Positions 50,836 to 61,200 of a DNA stretch of 64,000 nt are shown one piece after another (the first letter of the stretch is position 1; each line of letters opens with the position of its first letter). Source of the stretch: Planctomycetaceae bacterium (GTDB taxonomy: Bacteria; Planctomycetota; Planctomycetia; Planctomycetales; Planctomycetaceae); NCBI GenBank assembly GCA_024742875.1, contig JANSXP010000013.1:9218-73217 (forward strand). The letters run 5' to 3'. A program made the translations under genes and the position numbers. The notes below the pieces were generated by a model. The model ran no database searches. It was not told the origin of the DNA and worked only from the letters and a program-made list of their open reading frames with translations.

Positions 50836-51822
50836 TCACTCGCTGGACGGCGCTTCTGTCAGGCGAATCGCCTGGCGATAGTAGTCGGCCTCTGTTATCA
50901 GACCTTCCCGTTCGCAAAATGCGGCCAGCGAGGCAAACCGCGCCTGCATGTCGGGCTGCACAGAATACTGCAGTTTGGCCAGACACTCCGGACACAGTGA
51001 CAGGGGATAGCGATCAGATTCTGCCAGTGAGCCGGATCCCGACATATTGCATTCGTAAAACTCACAGTGCTTCATACTGAACATGTGCCCTGTCTCATGA
51101 CTGGCCGTCTTCAGCGTTCGTCGCAGACACTCCACAAATCCGGCCTCGCTGATCGAGGGATCACCATAACGCGCCATCGACCACACGCCCGTGCGATCTT
51201 TCAGCGACGCCTGCCCAAAGACAAAATTTGTGTTGCCGCCGGGCCACAGGTCAGTGGCCGTCAGAGCAATGCACACGGCCGCATCCGCTGGCAGGCGAGC
51301 CTTTAAAAACTCACCGTGCACCCACGCGGAACAGAACTGCTCCTCGCCGTGCCCGGGATGAATGCGACGGGCATGATCAGGCACAAGGTCCGCACCTGCG
51401 GCCGGCAGTAACTGCGCCGGACAGTCGAAATACAATCCCAGAAACTCGACGCTCAAATCGACAATCCGCGACTGCTCTGCCGAAAACTCGCCCAGCGGCA
51501 TTACATAGATGGTGTTGCGTTCTGTCGTCGGCTGGACAGGTTGTGACAGCACATACTGTGCAAACGATTGTGCCGGCTGTATCACGGTCGCCCGCCAATC
51601 TCCGGCTTTTGGTTCGCCAACCGGCACGCACAGCGGTCGCACGGCCTCCGTGGCTGCTCGCAGGTCAGCATCACGCGGCGACAGCTGCCCCTGCGCCCAC
51701 ACTCCCTGAACGGCCTGCCAGCCGACATAACCCCGTTTCCCCAGCGTGGGAGCCAGCGGCAGCAGGCACAGCAACAACAGCACGCGAGTTTTCTGCATCG
51801 TAGTCATGCCCAACCCTAGCAT
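50836..51822 (-). CDS. Archaemetzincin-type zinc metalloprotease (peptidase M54-like), secreted
   Basis: 328-aa ORF with signal TRVLLLLCLLPLAPTLG. HETGHMFSMKHCEFYECNM...CPEC matches the archaemetzincin pattern HExxHxx[GS]xxxCxxxxCxM...CxxC. Confidence 0.75.
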   Translation of the reverse strand: MLGLGMTTMQKTRVLLLLCLLPLAPTLGKRGYVGWQAVQGVWAQGQLSPRDADLRAATEAVRPLCVPVGEPKAGDWRATVIQPAQSFAQYVLSQPVQPTTERNTIYVMPLGEFSAEQSRIVDLSVEFLGLYFDCPAQLLPAAGADLVPDHARRIHPGHGEEQFCSAWVHGEFLKARLPADAAVCIALTATDLWPGGNTNFVFGQASLKDRTGVWSMARYGDPSISEAGFVECLRRTLKTASHETGHMFSMKHCEFYECNMSGSGSLAESDRYPLSLCPECLAKLQYSVQPDMQARFASLAAFCEREGLITEADYYRQAIRLTEAPSSE

Positions 51823-51992
51823 GCCGGCTGGGGTGTGCTGCGTCGTGACGTGAGAGAGACGAACAAACGGCTACAGTGCGGTAGCCGGCGCCGTGGGCGC
51901 ACGGGCGACCAGGGTTCGCGGCGGCATCACTCGAGCGGCGGCCCCGGATTGATCACATTTCGCGTTTCATCCAACCCGCCTTCGGCGTGCCA

Positions 51993-52820
51993 TCACGGGC
52001 TGCCAGGGCGACTGAGGGTCCTCCACAAAGACGGGTGGGTGCGGCCGAATTCCAGGTTCTGAAATTCGGGCTTGAGAGTCAGGGCGATGTCGCCGGCCAC
52101 GGACAGTCGTGTGGAGGTGGTGTGATTGGATTCCACCGAGTGCAGTTGATGGCCGGCGAAGATCAAAAGGTCACCGGTGGCCGGCTTGATGGACCAGACG
52201 TCGGTATTCCAGCAGTTGATCGTCCGGAGCGACGATTTGCGTTCGTCCTGCCAGTCATAGTGGAAGGCGGATTCAAAAGGCGCCGACGGAGGCGTGCGGC
52301 CCGCGTGAAAGCGGATCGCCGGACAGTCGGTCGGCACATCGACATAATAAACCCACGAAATGTCGCTGCCGGAATGGTTGTGTGGCAGCAGTGCGTCGGC
52401 CGCCTGATCGTCGACCGACTCATCAGCCGGGTCACAGATGACAAACCACGTCTTCAGACAGTGGACATTGAACAGATCGCACTTGACCCCCAGTGTCTGC
52501 AGGTAGACATCCACATGGTGCGCCAGCTGAACAAAAAAGGGGTTCAGGTCAGCCGACTGATGCAGGCGGCTTTGTCCGTGATACTCGCCCGTGAAGTGCT
52601 GACCACCCGTACCGCCTTCCGGCTGGAAGCCATACTGCTGACGTGCTTTGGCAAACAAAGGCTGCAGCTCAGCGGCCTCATCGAGACAGTTTTGATAGAC
52701 AAGTGTGGGAAACAGAGCGTGCAGCGTGGCACCGTCGGGACCACGCTGTCGTGTTGAGGGGGCTGTGTGTGTCACCGTTTCTCCAGCGGACCTGTGGGCA
52801 TCAGTGGGATGCCTCACCAT
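51993..52820 (-). CDS. Putative 2OG-Fe(II) oxygenase-like protein (TIGR02466-like)
   Basis: ORF 51993..53009 trimmed to ATG at 52818-52820. An alternative start is GTG at 52773-52775, preceded by GGAGAA. Motifs LFPTLVYQ, PHNHSGSDISWVYYV and LLIFAGHQLHSVESN resemble that family. Moderate call. Confidence 0.5.
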   Translation of the reverse strand: MVRHPTDAHRSAGETVTHTAPSTRQRGPDGATLHALFPTLVYQNCLDEAAELQPLFAKARQQYGFQPEGGTGGQHFTGEYHGQSRLHQSADLNPFFVQLAHHVDVYLQTLGVKCDLFNVHCLKTWFVICDPADESVDDQAADALLPHNHSGSDISWVYYVDVPTDCPAIRFHAGRTPPSAPFESAFHYDWQDERKSSLRTINCWNTDVWSIKPATGDLLIFAGHQLHSVESNHTTSTRLSVAGDIALTLKPEFQNLEFGRTHPSLWRTLSRPGSP

Positions 52821-53087
52821 ACCAGAAAAACGCCGGGCAGACGGTCCTGCGGCAAACGGCGAGGCCGGCCGATGACAAACCGCTGCTGCAATTTTCGAAA
52901 CTCGCCCGACACTTCGAACAGCAGACGGGGTTGTGCTCGACAGGTCGGACTGCGCGCGGACCCGCCAGTCCAATGACCGTTTATTTTTGTAACAAAAGTT
53001 TCCACGCAATCGGTCCTTTATTCGCAGTGGTCAGCGGGCGTACGATTTGAGAAGCTTACGAATTGCTCCATTTTCGGAAGGCATTTC

Positions 53088-53948
53088 ATGAATCGCTCGA
53101 TTACCGCTGTTGCTGTGGCCGGACTGTGTGTGCTGATCACGGCGGGAGCGGTTGCCCAATTTGGAGGCGGACGCCGCTACGGACGGGGCAGAGCCGACTA
53201 TGATCCCGATATCCGGCCTGACCGAGCCGGCACGCCGGACTGGAAAGTGGATACGAAGTTCCGGGACGATGTCTTTACGTTCTGCCGCATTCGCTACCGC
53301 AGCTATTCGCGGTGGAACAAATGGGCGACCGACTACCCGGACGCAGACATCAACTTCAGTTATCGCCTTCAGCAGCTGACGTCACTGCACACACATCCAG
53401 ACGGCATCATTCTGGAACTGACCGACCCACGGCTGTTCGACTATCCGTTTATCTACATCATCGAGCCAGGGGATCTGGCGTTTTCAGACGCTGAAGTCAC
53501 CGCGCTGCGAAGTTATCTGCTGAATGGCGGCTTTTTGATGGTGGACGACTTCTGGGGTCAGTACGAACTGGACAATTTTCTGTCCGAAATGAAGCGCGTT
53601 TTTCCCAAGCGAGAAGCGACCGAAATTCCGCTGGAACACCCGATCTTCCACTGTGTGTATGACCTGAAGGAACGTCCTCAGATTCCTGCGCTGGGTCGCG
53701 CTCATCCCAATTACCGTGACAGCAGCGGGCGGCTGATTACCTGGGAAGGCGGTACGGACACAGAGGATCCCCACTATCGGGGACTGTACGACGACAACGG
53801 ACGCATGATGGCCATCATCTGCCACAACACCGACCTGGGCGATGGCTGGGAACGTGAAGGGGAGGACGAATGGTACTTCAAAGAGTTTTCCGAAAAGAAA
53901 GCCTACCCACTGGGCATCAACATTGTGTTTTACGCCCTGACCCACTGA
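53088..53948 (+). CDS. DUF4159 domain protein
   Basis: 286-aa ORF with ATG at 53088 and a signal peptide. FTFCRIRY...WATDYPDADINF...YPFIYIIEPG...LRSYLLNGGFLMVDDFWG is the DUF4159 pattern, and the gene has the typical position at the head of a MoxR/Bat cluster. Confidence 0.68.
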   Translation: MNRSITAVAVAGLCVLITAGAVAQFGGGRRYGRGRADYDPDIRPDRAGTPDWKVDTKFRDDVFTFCRIRYRSYSRWNKWATDYPDADINFSYRLQQLTSLHTHPDGIILELTDPRLFDYPFIYIIEPGDLAFSDAEVTALRSYLLNGGFLMVDDFWGQYELDNFLSEMKRVFPKREATEIPLEHPIFHCVYDLKERPQIPALGRAHPNYRDSSGRLITWEGGTDTEDPHYRGLYDDNGRMMAIICHNTDLGDGWEREGEDEWYFKEFSEKKAYPLGINIVFYALTH

Positions 53949-54090
53949 TCACATCACCGGAGTCTGACACAATTGCCGCTCAGCGGCTCCGGCCTGCCTG
54001 ACAACCTGCCCAGTAGCCCCGGCTGCCCACCAGCCAGCACCATCATGAGACTCCCGTCTTTGTGATGGCACTCATACCCGAAAGACACTG

Positions 54091-55176
54091 ATGACATCAC
54101 CTGAAGAGAATGTCGACCTGCCAGACGGCCAGGCCGAGGCGAATCCGGCTGGCGAAGTTTCTGATGAACTCACGCCGGAGCGTGAACGGGAATTGATTGA
54201 CCAGCTGCGTTCGCTGCGGGGCGACATCGACAGCGAACTGTCGAAGGTCATCATTGGCCAGAAAGACGTGGTGGAGCAACTGCTGATTTCACTCTTGTCA
54301 GGTGGGCACTGCCTGATCACGGGAGCACCGGGTCTGGCCAAAACACTGCTGGTGAATTCGATCGCGCAGCTGTTTGATCTGCAGTTCAACCGGATCCAGT
54401 TTACCCCCGACCTGATGCCGGCCGACATCACGGGCACAGAAGTCCTTGAAGAGGAGAACGGCCAGCGAAGCATGCGGTTTATCCCGGGCCCCGTGTTTGC
54501 GAACGTGCTGCTGGCCGATGAAATCAACCGTACGCCGCCCAAAACCCAGTCCGCGCTGCTGGAGGCCATGCAGGAACACCAGGTCACCGCCGCCGGTCAG
54601 GTGCGCAAGCTGGATGAGCCGTTCTTTGTGCTGGCCACACAGAACCCCATCGAAATGGAGGGCACCTATCCGCTGCCCGAGGCACAGCTGGACCGTTTTA
54701 TGTTCAACGTGCTGATTGATTACCTGCCTGAAGACGATGAAGTGGCCGTGGTGCAGCAGACCACCTCAAAACGCAAAGAGAAGGTGCGATCCCTGTTTTC
54801 CGGCGATCTGATTCCCGAGCTCAATCAGGTGGTGCAGAGAGTTCCCATCGCCGAAGAAGTCGTGCGGTACGCGGTGAGGCTGGCTTCGGCATCACGACCA
54901 GGTCAGTCAGGCACGCCCGAATTCATCAACGAACTGGTGTCCTGGGGGGCCGGGCTTCGAGCCGCCCAGAATCTGGTGCTCGGTGGCAAGGCGCGAGCAC
55001 TGCTGGACGGCCGGCCGTACGTTTCCACGACCGACATTCAGGCGCTCGCTCAGCCGGTCCTGCGGCATCGTATCCTGCCCAACTATCGGGCGGAGGCCGA
55101 GGGCGTAACGACCGAAGCGCTGATTGCCCGGCTGCTGACGCACGTTGAGCATCCCAAACAGGAGGCCGTTGCGTGA
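54091..55176 (+). CDS. MoxR-family AAA+ ATPase
   Basis: 361-aa ORF. Walker A GAPGLAKT, Walker B LLADEINR, sensor region ATQNPIEMEGTYPLPEAQLDRF. Confidence 0.93.
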   Translation: MTSPEENVDLPDGQAEANPAGEVSDELTPERERELIDQLRSLRGDIDSELSKVIIGQKDVVEQLLISLLSGGHCLITGAPGLAKTLLVNSIAQLFDLQFNRIQFTPDLMPADITGTEVLEEENGQRSMRFIPGPVFANVLLADEINRTPPKTQSALLEAMQEHQVTAAGQVRKLDEPFFVLATQNPIEMEGTYPLPEAQLDRFMFNVLIDYLPEDDEVAVVQQTTSKRKEKVRSLFSGDLIPELNQVVQRVPIAEEVVRYAVRLASASRPGQSGTPEFINELVSWGAGLRAAQNLVLGGKARALLDGRPYVSTTDIQALAQPVLRHRILPNYRAEAEGVTTEALIARLLTHVEHPKQEAVA

Positions 55177-56090
55177 GCACTGCCGACGCATCCGCAAAGT
55201 CCGGTGGATCGACGTTCATGGATCCCAAAGTGGTCATGAGCATCAAGTCGCTGGAGTTGCGCGCGAAGGTGGTGGTGGACGGATTTCGCACGGGGCTGAA
55301 CAAGAGCCCGAAGCACGGTTTCTCGGTCGAATTTTCAGAATACCGCCAGTACGCCCGCGGGGATGATCCGCGATTCATCGACTGGAAACTTTACGCCCGG
55401 ACAGACCGCAGTTACATCCGCCTGTTTGAGGATGAGACCAACCTGCGCTGCTATGTGGTGTCGGACTTCAGTCGTTCCATGGCCTTCGGGTCGGTGGGTT
55501 TCACCAAGCATGACTACGGCCGCACCATTGCCGCCTCTCTGGCGTGGATGCTGAATCGCCAGGGGGATGCGGTGGGGCTGTCCGTGTTTGATGAGCGGGT
55601 GCGCAGTGTTGTGCCGGCGCGGTATCGTCCCGGACAGCTGCGTCAGATTATGGTGAATCTGGAGCAGCCGGTCAGCGGCCAGGACACCAATCCGGAAGTG
55701 GCACTGGAGCACGCGGCCCGCCGGCTGAACAAGCGGGGCTTTGTGGTGCTGATCAGCGATCTGCTGGCCCCCGTGGAGCAGGTGGAGGCCGGATTAAAAC
55801 TGCTGCGTGGCTGTGGACACGATGTGGTCGTGTTTCAGGTACTGGATCCGGTGGAACTGAATCTGGCGATCGACGGACCACGACTGTTTGAGGATCTGGA
55901 GACGCGTCAGAAAATCTACGCGGACCCCGCCCATGCGGCCGGCGATTTCGTCAGACAGATAGAGGCACACAACGCAGACGTGCAGGCCGTGTGCGAAAAA
56001 TTGGGGGCGTCGTTCGAACGGACGGTCACCAGTCAGCCACTGGAACTGGTGCTGTCCGGGTTCCTGCATGCCCGGAGGGCCGGTCGATGA
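55173..56090 (+). CDS. DUF58 domain protein (vWA-like, MoxR partner)
   Basis: 305-aa ORF whose GTG at 55173-55175 overlaps the MoxR TGA (GTGA). DUF58 motif EYRQYARGDDPRFIDWK. Confidence 0.82.
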   Translation: MSTADASAKSGGSTFMDPKVVMSIKSLELRAKVVVDGFRTGLNKSPKHGFSVEFSEYRQYARGDDPRFIDWKLYARTDRSYIRLFEDETNLRCYVVSDFSRSMAFGSVGFTKHDYGRTIAASLAWMLNRQGDAVGLSVFDERVRSVVPARYRPGQLRQIMVNLEQPVSGQDTNPEVALEHAARRLNKRGFVVLISDLLAPVEQVEAGLKLLRGCGHDVVVFQVLDPVELNLAIDGPRLFEDLETRQKIYADPAHAAGDFVRQIEAHNADVQAVCEKLGASFERTVTSQPLELVLSGFLHARRAGR

Positions 56091-56130
56091 GCGACACACA
56101 GGGCCGGCACAGTTCAGGGGGGCGTGATTG

Positions 56131-58269
56131 ATGGAGTTTCTCACGCCCCTGTTTGCTGCGATTGGCGCAGCGGCGGCCGCCGTGCCGGTCGTGCTGCACA
56201 TGCTGCGACGCGCGCCCACGCAGGACATGCCGTTTAGTCTGGTCCGCTTCCTGAAGCCATCGCAGCCGAAACTGACGAAACGCTCAAGCATCGAACACTG
56301 GCCGCTGATGCTGCTGCGAATGCTGGCGCTGGTGCTCATCGGTCTGGCCTTTGCCAGACCCTTTCTTCGACACGTTGTTTCGCTGGCGGGAGATGAACGC
56401 GCCATGCGTTCGCTGACCATTCTGGTGGACTCCAGCGCCAGCATGCGTCGAGATGGACTTTACGAGCAGGTGCAGGAAGCCGTGAAACAGGTCGTGGCGG
56501 ATCTGCGGCCGGACGACCTTCTGAGTGTCGCCACATTTTCGGCCGCCACCCGCACTGTCATCAGCCGCGACGACTGGCTGGCCGCCAGCGATGGCGAACG
56601 TACGGCGCTGGTGGACGCATTTCTGGCCGACTGGGAGCCGGACTGGAACGCTACCAACACGGGGCAGGCGATGAGAATCGCCGCCGATGAACTGGCCGCG
56701 GAGAACGCCGATCGTCCCAATATCACGCAGCGACGACTGATCGTCATCACCGACTTTCAGCGAGGCAGTGATCTGAACGAACTCAAGACAGGACAGTGGC
56801 CGGACAGCATCGAGGTGGATCTGAAAGTGGTGGAGCCTCTGGAGAAAGGCAACGCCGGACTCACATTTCTGCCGGACCGGCGTCTGGATCGCATGCGTGT
56901 GCGGCTGATGAGTGCCGGCGACACGGTCAGGCAGGACTACCGTCTGCAGATGCAAAATAAGGACGGTCAGAATGTGGGTGAGCCTGTGGCCGTGACGGTA
57001 CCGCCTGGTCAGCGGCGATCTGTGGTACTGCCAGCCGCTGACAGGGATTCCGGCGAAGTGGTCGCCATGGTGGGCCTGCTGGGCGATGATCACATGTTTG
57101 ACAACTGGGTTGACCTGCCGGCCGCCAGCAGTCCGATTGTGACTGTCGCCCACATAGGTTCGGCTACGAGGAACGACCCCGAGTCCATGCGGTACTATCT
57201 GCAGCGCGTGCTCAGCGGCAACGATGAGCGAGACGTGCGACTGGTCGATCTGATCAAACAGGACGGCGTCGTTCTGCCGGTGCCAGCGGACGCCGCACTG
57301 GTGGTTGCAACGGACGCGATCCCGCCGTCACTGATGAAGTCTGTGGAAGAGTTTCTGTCCCGCTCCGGCACACTGCTGCTGGCTCCGCCGGATGTGGCGG
57401 CCGTGAAATCACTGGGCGATTTGCTGCCGCCGGAGTTCACCGTTGAGGAGGCAGACATCGAAGATTATGCCATGCTGGGCACGCTGGATTATGAGCACCC
57501 GCTGCTGAGTGTCTTTGCCGAGTCGCGATTTGCCGACTTTTCCTCGATTCGCTTCTGGCATCACCGCCGCCTGGAATTTTCTCAGGAAAACCGCACCCAG
57601 GGTGACTGGTCCGTCATCGCACGTTTTGACACCGGACTGCCGGCGATTGCCGAAATTCGCGCGGAAGACACGGGCCGAATTTTCCTGCTGGCCGCCGGCT
57701 GGCAGCCGGCTGACAGTCAGCTGGCACTGTCCACCCGCTTTCCTCCGCTGCTGACCCGCGTGCTTTCGCTGGCCGCTCCCGTGCAGCGTGATCAGCTGGT
57801 GGCCACCGTGGGAGACAAAATTCGCCCCGGCACCCTGGTCTCAGCAGCCCGCTGGACACTCACCGGGCCCGACGAGCGAACCCTCACGACCGACGAACTG
57901 CGTGATGAACAGAATCCGGATGACGAGCCGGTCGTACAGCTGCAGACACCCGGCCGGTATCTGCTCGAAGGCGTGGCCGAGGACGGCAGCGAGCAGTCGC
58001 TGGTACTGATCGCCGGCATTGCCGCCAGTGAATCGCAGACGGAAACACTGCCGATCGGACAACTGCAGGCCCTGCGAATCGGGGTGGAATCCAATCTGCC
58101 GGGCAGCGAGGCGACCGATTCGGAGGACGAAACGGCGACCGGACAGCTCAGCGCAAATGAACTGGAAGACCGGCAGAAATGGTGGCGGCGAATGCTGCTG
58201 GCCGGTCTGGCCTGTCTGGCACTGGAAGCCGTCTGGGCCCGACGACTGGAACAAAAGGCGGCCGCTTGA
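56131..58269 (+). CDS. BatA-type N-terminal double-TM domain / vWA protein
   Basis: ORF 56128 (TTG) moved to ATG at 56131. MEFLTPLFAAIGAAAAAVPVVLHML is the BatA N-terminal pattern. MIDAS-like VDSSASM and a C-terminal TM helix (MLLAGLACLALEAVW). Confidence 0.78.
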   Translation: MEFLTPLFAAIGAAAAAVPVVLHMLRRAPTQDMPFSLVRFLKPSQPKLTKRSSIEHWPLMLLRMLALVLIGLAFARPFLRHVVSLAGDERAMRSLTILVDSSASMRRDGLYEQVQEAVKQVVADLRPDDLLSVATFSAATRTVISRDDWLAASDGERTALVDAFLADWEPDWNATNTGQAMRIAADELAAENADRPNITQRRLIVITDFQRGSDLNELKTGQWPDSIEVDLKVVEPLEKGNAGLTFLPDRRLDRMRVRLMSAGDTVRQDYRLQMQNKDGQNVGEPVAVTVPPGQRRSVVLPAADRDSGEVVAMVGLLGDDHMFDNWVDLPAASSPIVTVAHIGSATRNDPESMRYYLQRVLSGNDERDVRLVDLIKQDGVVLPVPADAALVVATDAIPPSLMKSVEEFLSRSGTLLLAPPDVAAVKSLGDLLPPEFTVEEADIEDYAMLGTLDYEHPLLSVFAESRFADFSSIRFWHHRRLEFSQENRTQGDWSVIARFDTGLPAIAEIRAEDTGRIFLLAAGWQPADSQLALSTRFPPLLTRVLSLAAPVQRDQLVATVGDKIRPGTLVSAARWTLTGPDERTLTTDELRDEQNPDDEPVVQLQTPGRYLLEGVAEDGSEQSLVLIAGIAASESQTETLPIGQLQALRIGVESNLPGSEATDSEDETATGQLSANELEDRQKWWRRMLLAGLACLALEAVWARRLEQKAAA

Positions 58270-58297
58270 TGTGGCATGATCCGACAGGAGCGAACGC

Positions 58298-61200
58298 ATG
58301 ACGGGAACATTTCTGGAACGCAGCCTGCAGCTGGTCGCCCAGCGACTGCACAAGCTTCGAATCCTCCGGCGGCAGGCGCTGTGCTGGATGCTGCTGCTGG
58401 TTCCCGCAATGGCCGCTGCGCTGTTGCTGCCGCCATCGACCGGCTTTCTGTCTGCGGAACTGTTTCTGCTGCTGGGCGTGACGGTGATGGGTCTGTGGAT
58501 GGCGCGGTGGCGGCTGCCCGAACCCTCTGCAATCGAAACGGCGCGACTGGTAGAGAAAAGTCAGCCACAGCTGAACGATGCGGTGATCACGGCCGTTCAG
58601 GCGGACGCCCGTACGCGTTCCAGTGACCGCGCGTCCGTGATGGATGAATGGGTCATCGATGAAGCCGACAAACTGGCTCGGGGTTCCAACTGGTCCGGCG
58701 TCATTCCCGGCCGCCAGATGCTCACATGGTCCTGCCTGAGCTTTCTGGGATTCTGTTTTCTCGTCACCAGTGTGGTGGCCGCCGGCCGCTGGGGCCGGGA
58801 CGTGCGGCCGTTTTCTGACCGGCCGCCACTGGAGGCGGCCCCCGGCGAATCGCTGCTGCAGGCGGCCGAGCTGACGGTGGAACCAGGCGATGTGGAAATC
58901 GAACGCGGCACCGCGCTGACCGTCGTGGCTCGCTTTGGCAGCGGCATTCCGGCAACCAGCGTTCTGGAAGTCACCACAGCGGCCGGCACGGCGAATTACG
59001 TCATGGCGCCTACCGTGGACGACGGCGTCTTTGCCGCCAGTATACCCAGTGTGGACAGCGACGGCAGCTACCGCGTGGTGTTTGGTCAGAGTGATGATGC
59101 CGTGCAGCGATTTTTGTCAGCCGCAGATTCGCCGACTGAGACCGCGGACGCTTCGCAGCCCTATCGCATCGCCACCTATGTGCGTCCCCGGGTTGACCAG
59201 GTGGATGCTGTCATTACGCCACCGTCCTACACGGGTAAAGAGCGGCAGACTGTGGAGGACACACTCCGCGTCACGGCGGTGGAGGGTTCGGATGTTGAGT
59301 TTCGCATTCACGTCAATAAGCCCGTGGCCGCTGCCGAACTGATCACCGAAGACGATGCCGTGCTGCCGCTGGATCTGACGGGCGGAGAACCGGGTGTGGT
59401 GACAGCTCACGTGACGGCCGAGACATCACAAAAGTACCGCATCGCTTTGCGCGACGAAGCTGGTCGCACGGCGGCAGAACAGACCACCATTTCGCTGAAA
59501 GTCACCCGTAATCAGCGGCCGAAAATCAAAGTCACTTTCCCCGGACGTGACACGAATGTCTCGCCTTTGCAGGAGTTTCAAATTGAAGCGGAAACGGCGG
59601 ATGACTTTGGTGTGGCGGAATTCGGCGTGCGGTATTTTCTGAGCAATGGACGGGCGGGCGAAGTGATTCTGGAACCAGCCGGTGAGACGGATGCTCCCGG
59701 ACCTGTCACAAAGCGAACAGCCGCCCACACCATTCTGCTGGAAGAGCTGGAAGCCGAGCCCGATCAGCTGCTGACGTATTCGTTCTATGTGAAGGACTTC
59801 GGGCCGGATGGCAGTCTGAGAACGACCAGCGGAGACATGCAGCTGGCCGAGGTTCGCCGCTTCGAGGAAATCTTTCGGGAATCGGCTCAAAACGGACAGC
59901 AGCAACAACAACAGCAGCAACAACAGCAACAGGGTCAGCAGGGACAACAGGCCGCAGCCGAAAAACTGATGCAGCTGCAGCGGGAAATTCTGGTGGCCAC
60001 GTTCAACACGGGCCGCACTCTGGCCGAGGCCAGTTCGCGAGAATCCATCAGGTCGCAAACCCAGGAAGACGTGGAGGTCATCACGCAGTCTCAGCAGCAG
60101 GCCCTGGACCAGCTTCTGGAACAAAAGCAGGAAGCGGCCGACCCGGAGTCTTTGCAGCTGATGGGCGAGGTGGAAGGTGCCATGGATGCCGCTTTGACAG
60201 CGCTGGGTGTTCTGCAGGAGACCCTCAGTGATGAAGCCGTGCAGTCCGCTCTGGCGGCCGAGCAGACGGTGCTGGCGGGGCTGATGAAGCTGCGAGCGCG
60301 GGAATTTGAAGTTCAGCAGCAGCAGCAACAACAACAACAGGGGCAGGGACAGGGCCAAAGTCAGGCCTCGCGACAACAGATGCAGCAGCTGGAACTGAAA
60401 AACGATCAGCAGCGTTATGAGTCGCAGCGAGAAGCGCAGGAACAGCAGGAACAGAATGCGGCGGGGAGTGAAGATCTGCAGATTCTCAATCGCCTTAAGG
60501 AACTGGCACGCCGGCAGCAGATGCTGAATGAGCGACTAAAGCAGCTGGAGTCAGAATTGCGAGCTGCCCGCACGGATGAAGAGAAAGAAGAAATTGAACG
60601 GGAGCTCAAACGGCTGCGGGAAGAACAAAGAGATCTGCTGCGAGACGTGGATGAACTGCGGGAGACGATGGACAATCAGTCCACCGAGCAGCAGCAGCAG
60701 AATCAGGAAACTCGCCAGCAGGTGGACGAAGCGCGAGAACGCGTGCAGCAGGCCTCGCGGGCGATGGATGAAGGCAAGCTGTCGGAGGCCATTTCCGAAG
60801 GCACGCGTGCGGAGCGGGAATTTGAAGACCTCGAAGAAACCTTTCGCCAGCAGACAGCCAGCCAGTTCAGCGATGCGATGAAAGACCTGCGACAGCAGAC
60901 CCGCGACATGCAGGAAACACAAAAAGAGATTGCCCGTGAATTGGCCGGGGAATCCGCCACGCCCGAGGTGCAGGGTGGTCCGCCGTCGCTGCGGACCTCG
61001 GATGACCGGGACGATCTGCAGCAGAAAGTGGCTCAGCAGCGTGACGATCTCGAACGCGTGCTCGAGCGAGCCAAAGAACTGGTGGAGCAGGCCGAAGAGA
61101 GTGAACCGCTGCTGTCACGTCGGCTGTACGATACCGTGCGGGATGTGCGGGAGAAGAAACCGGAGACCGCGCTGGAGGCGACCGAACTGCTGGTCGGCCG

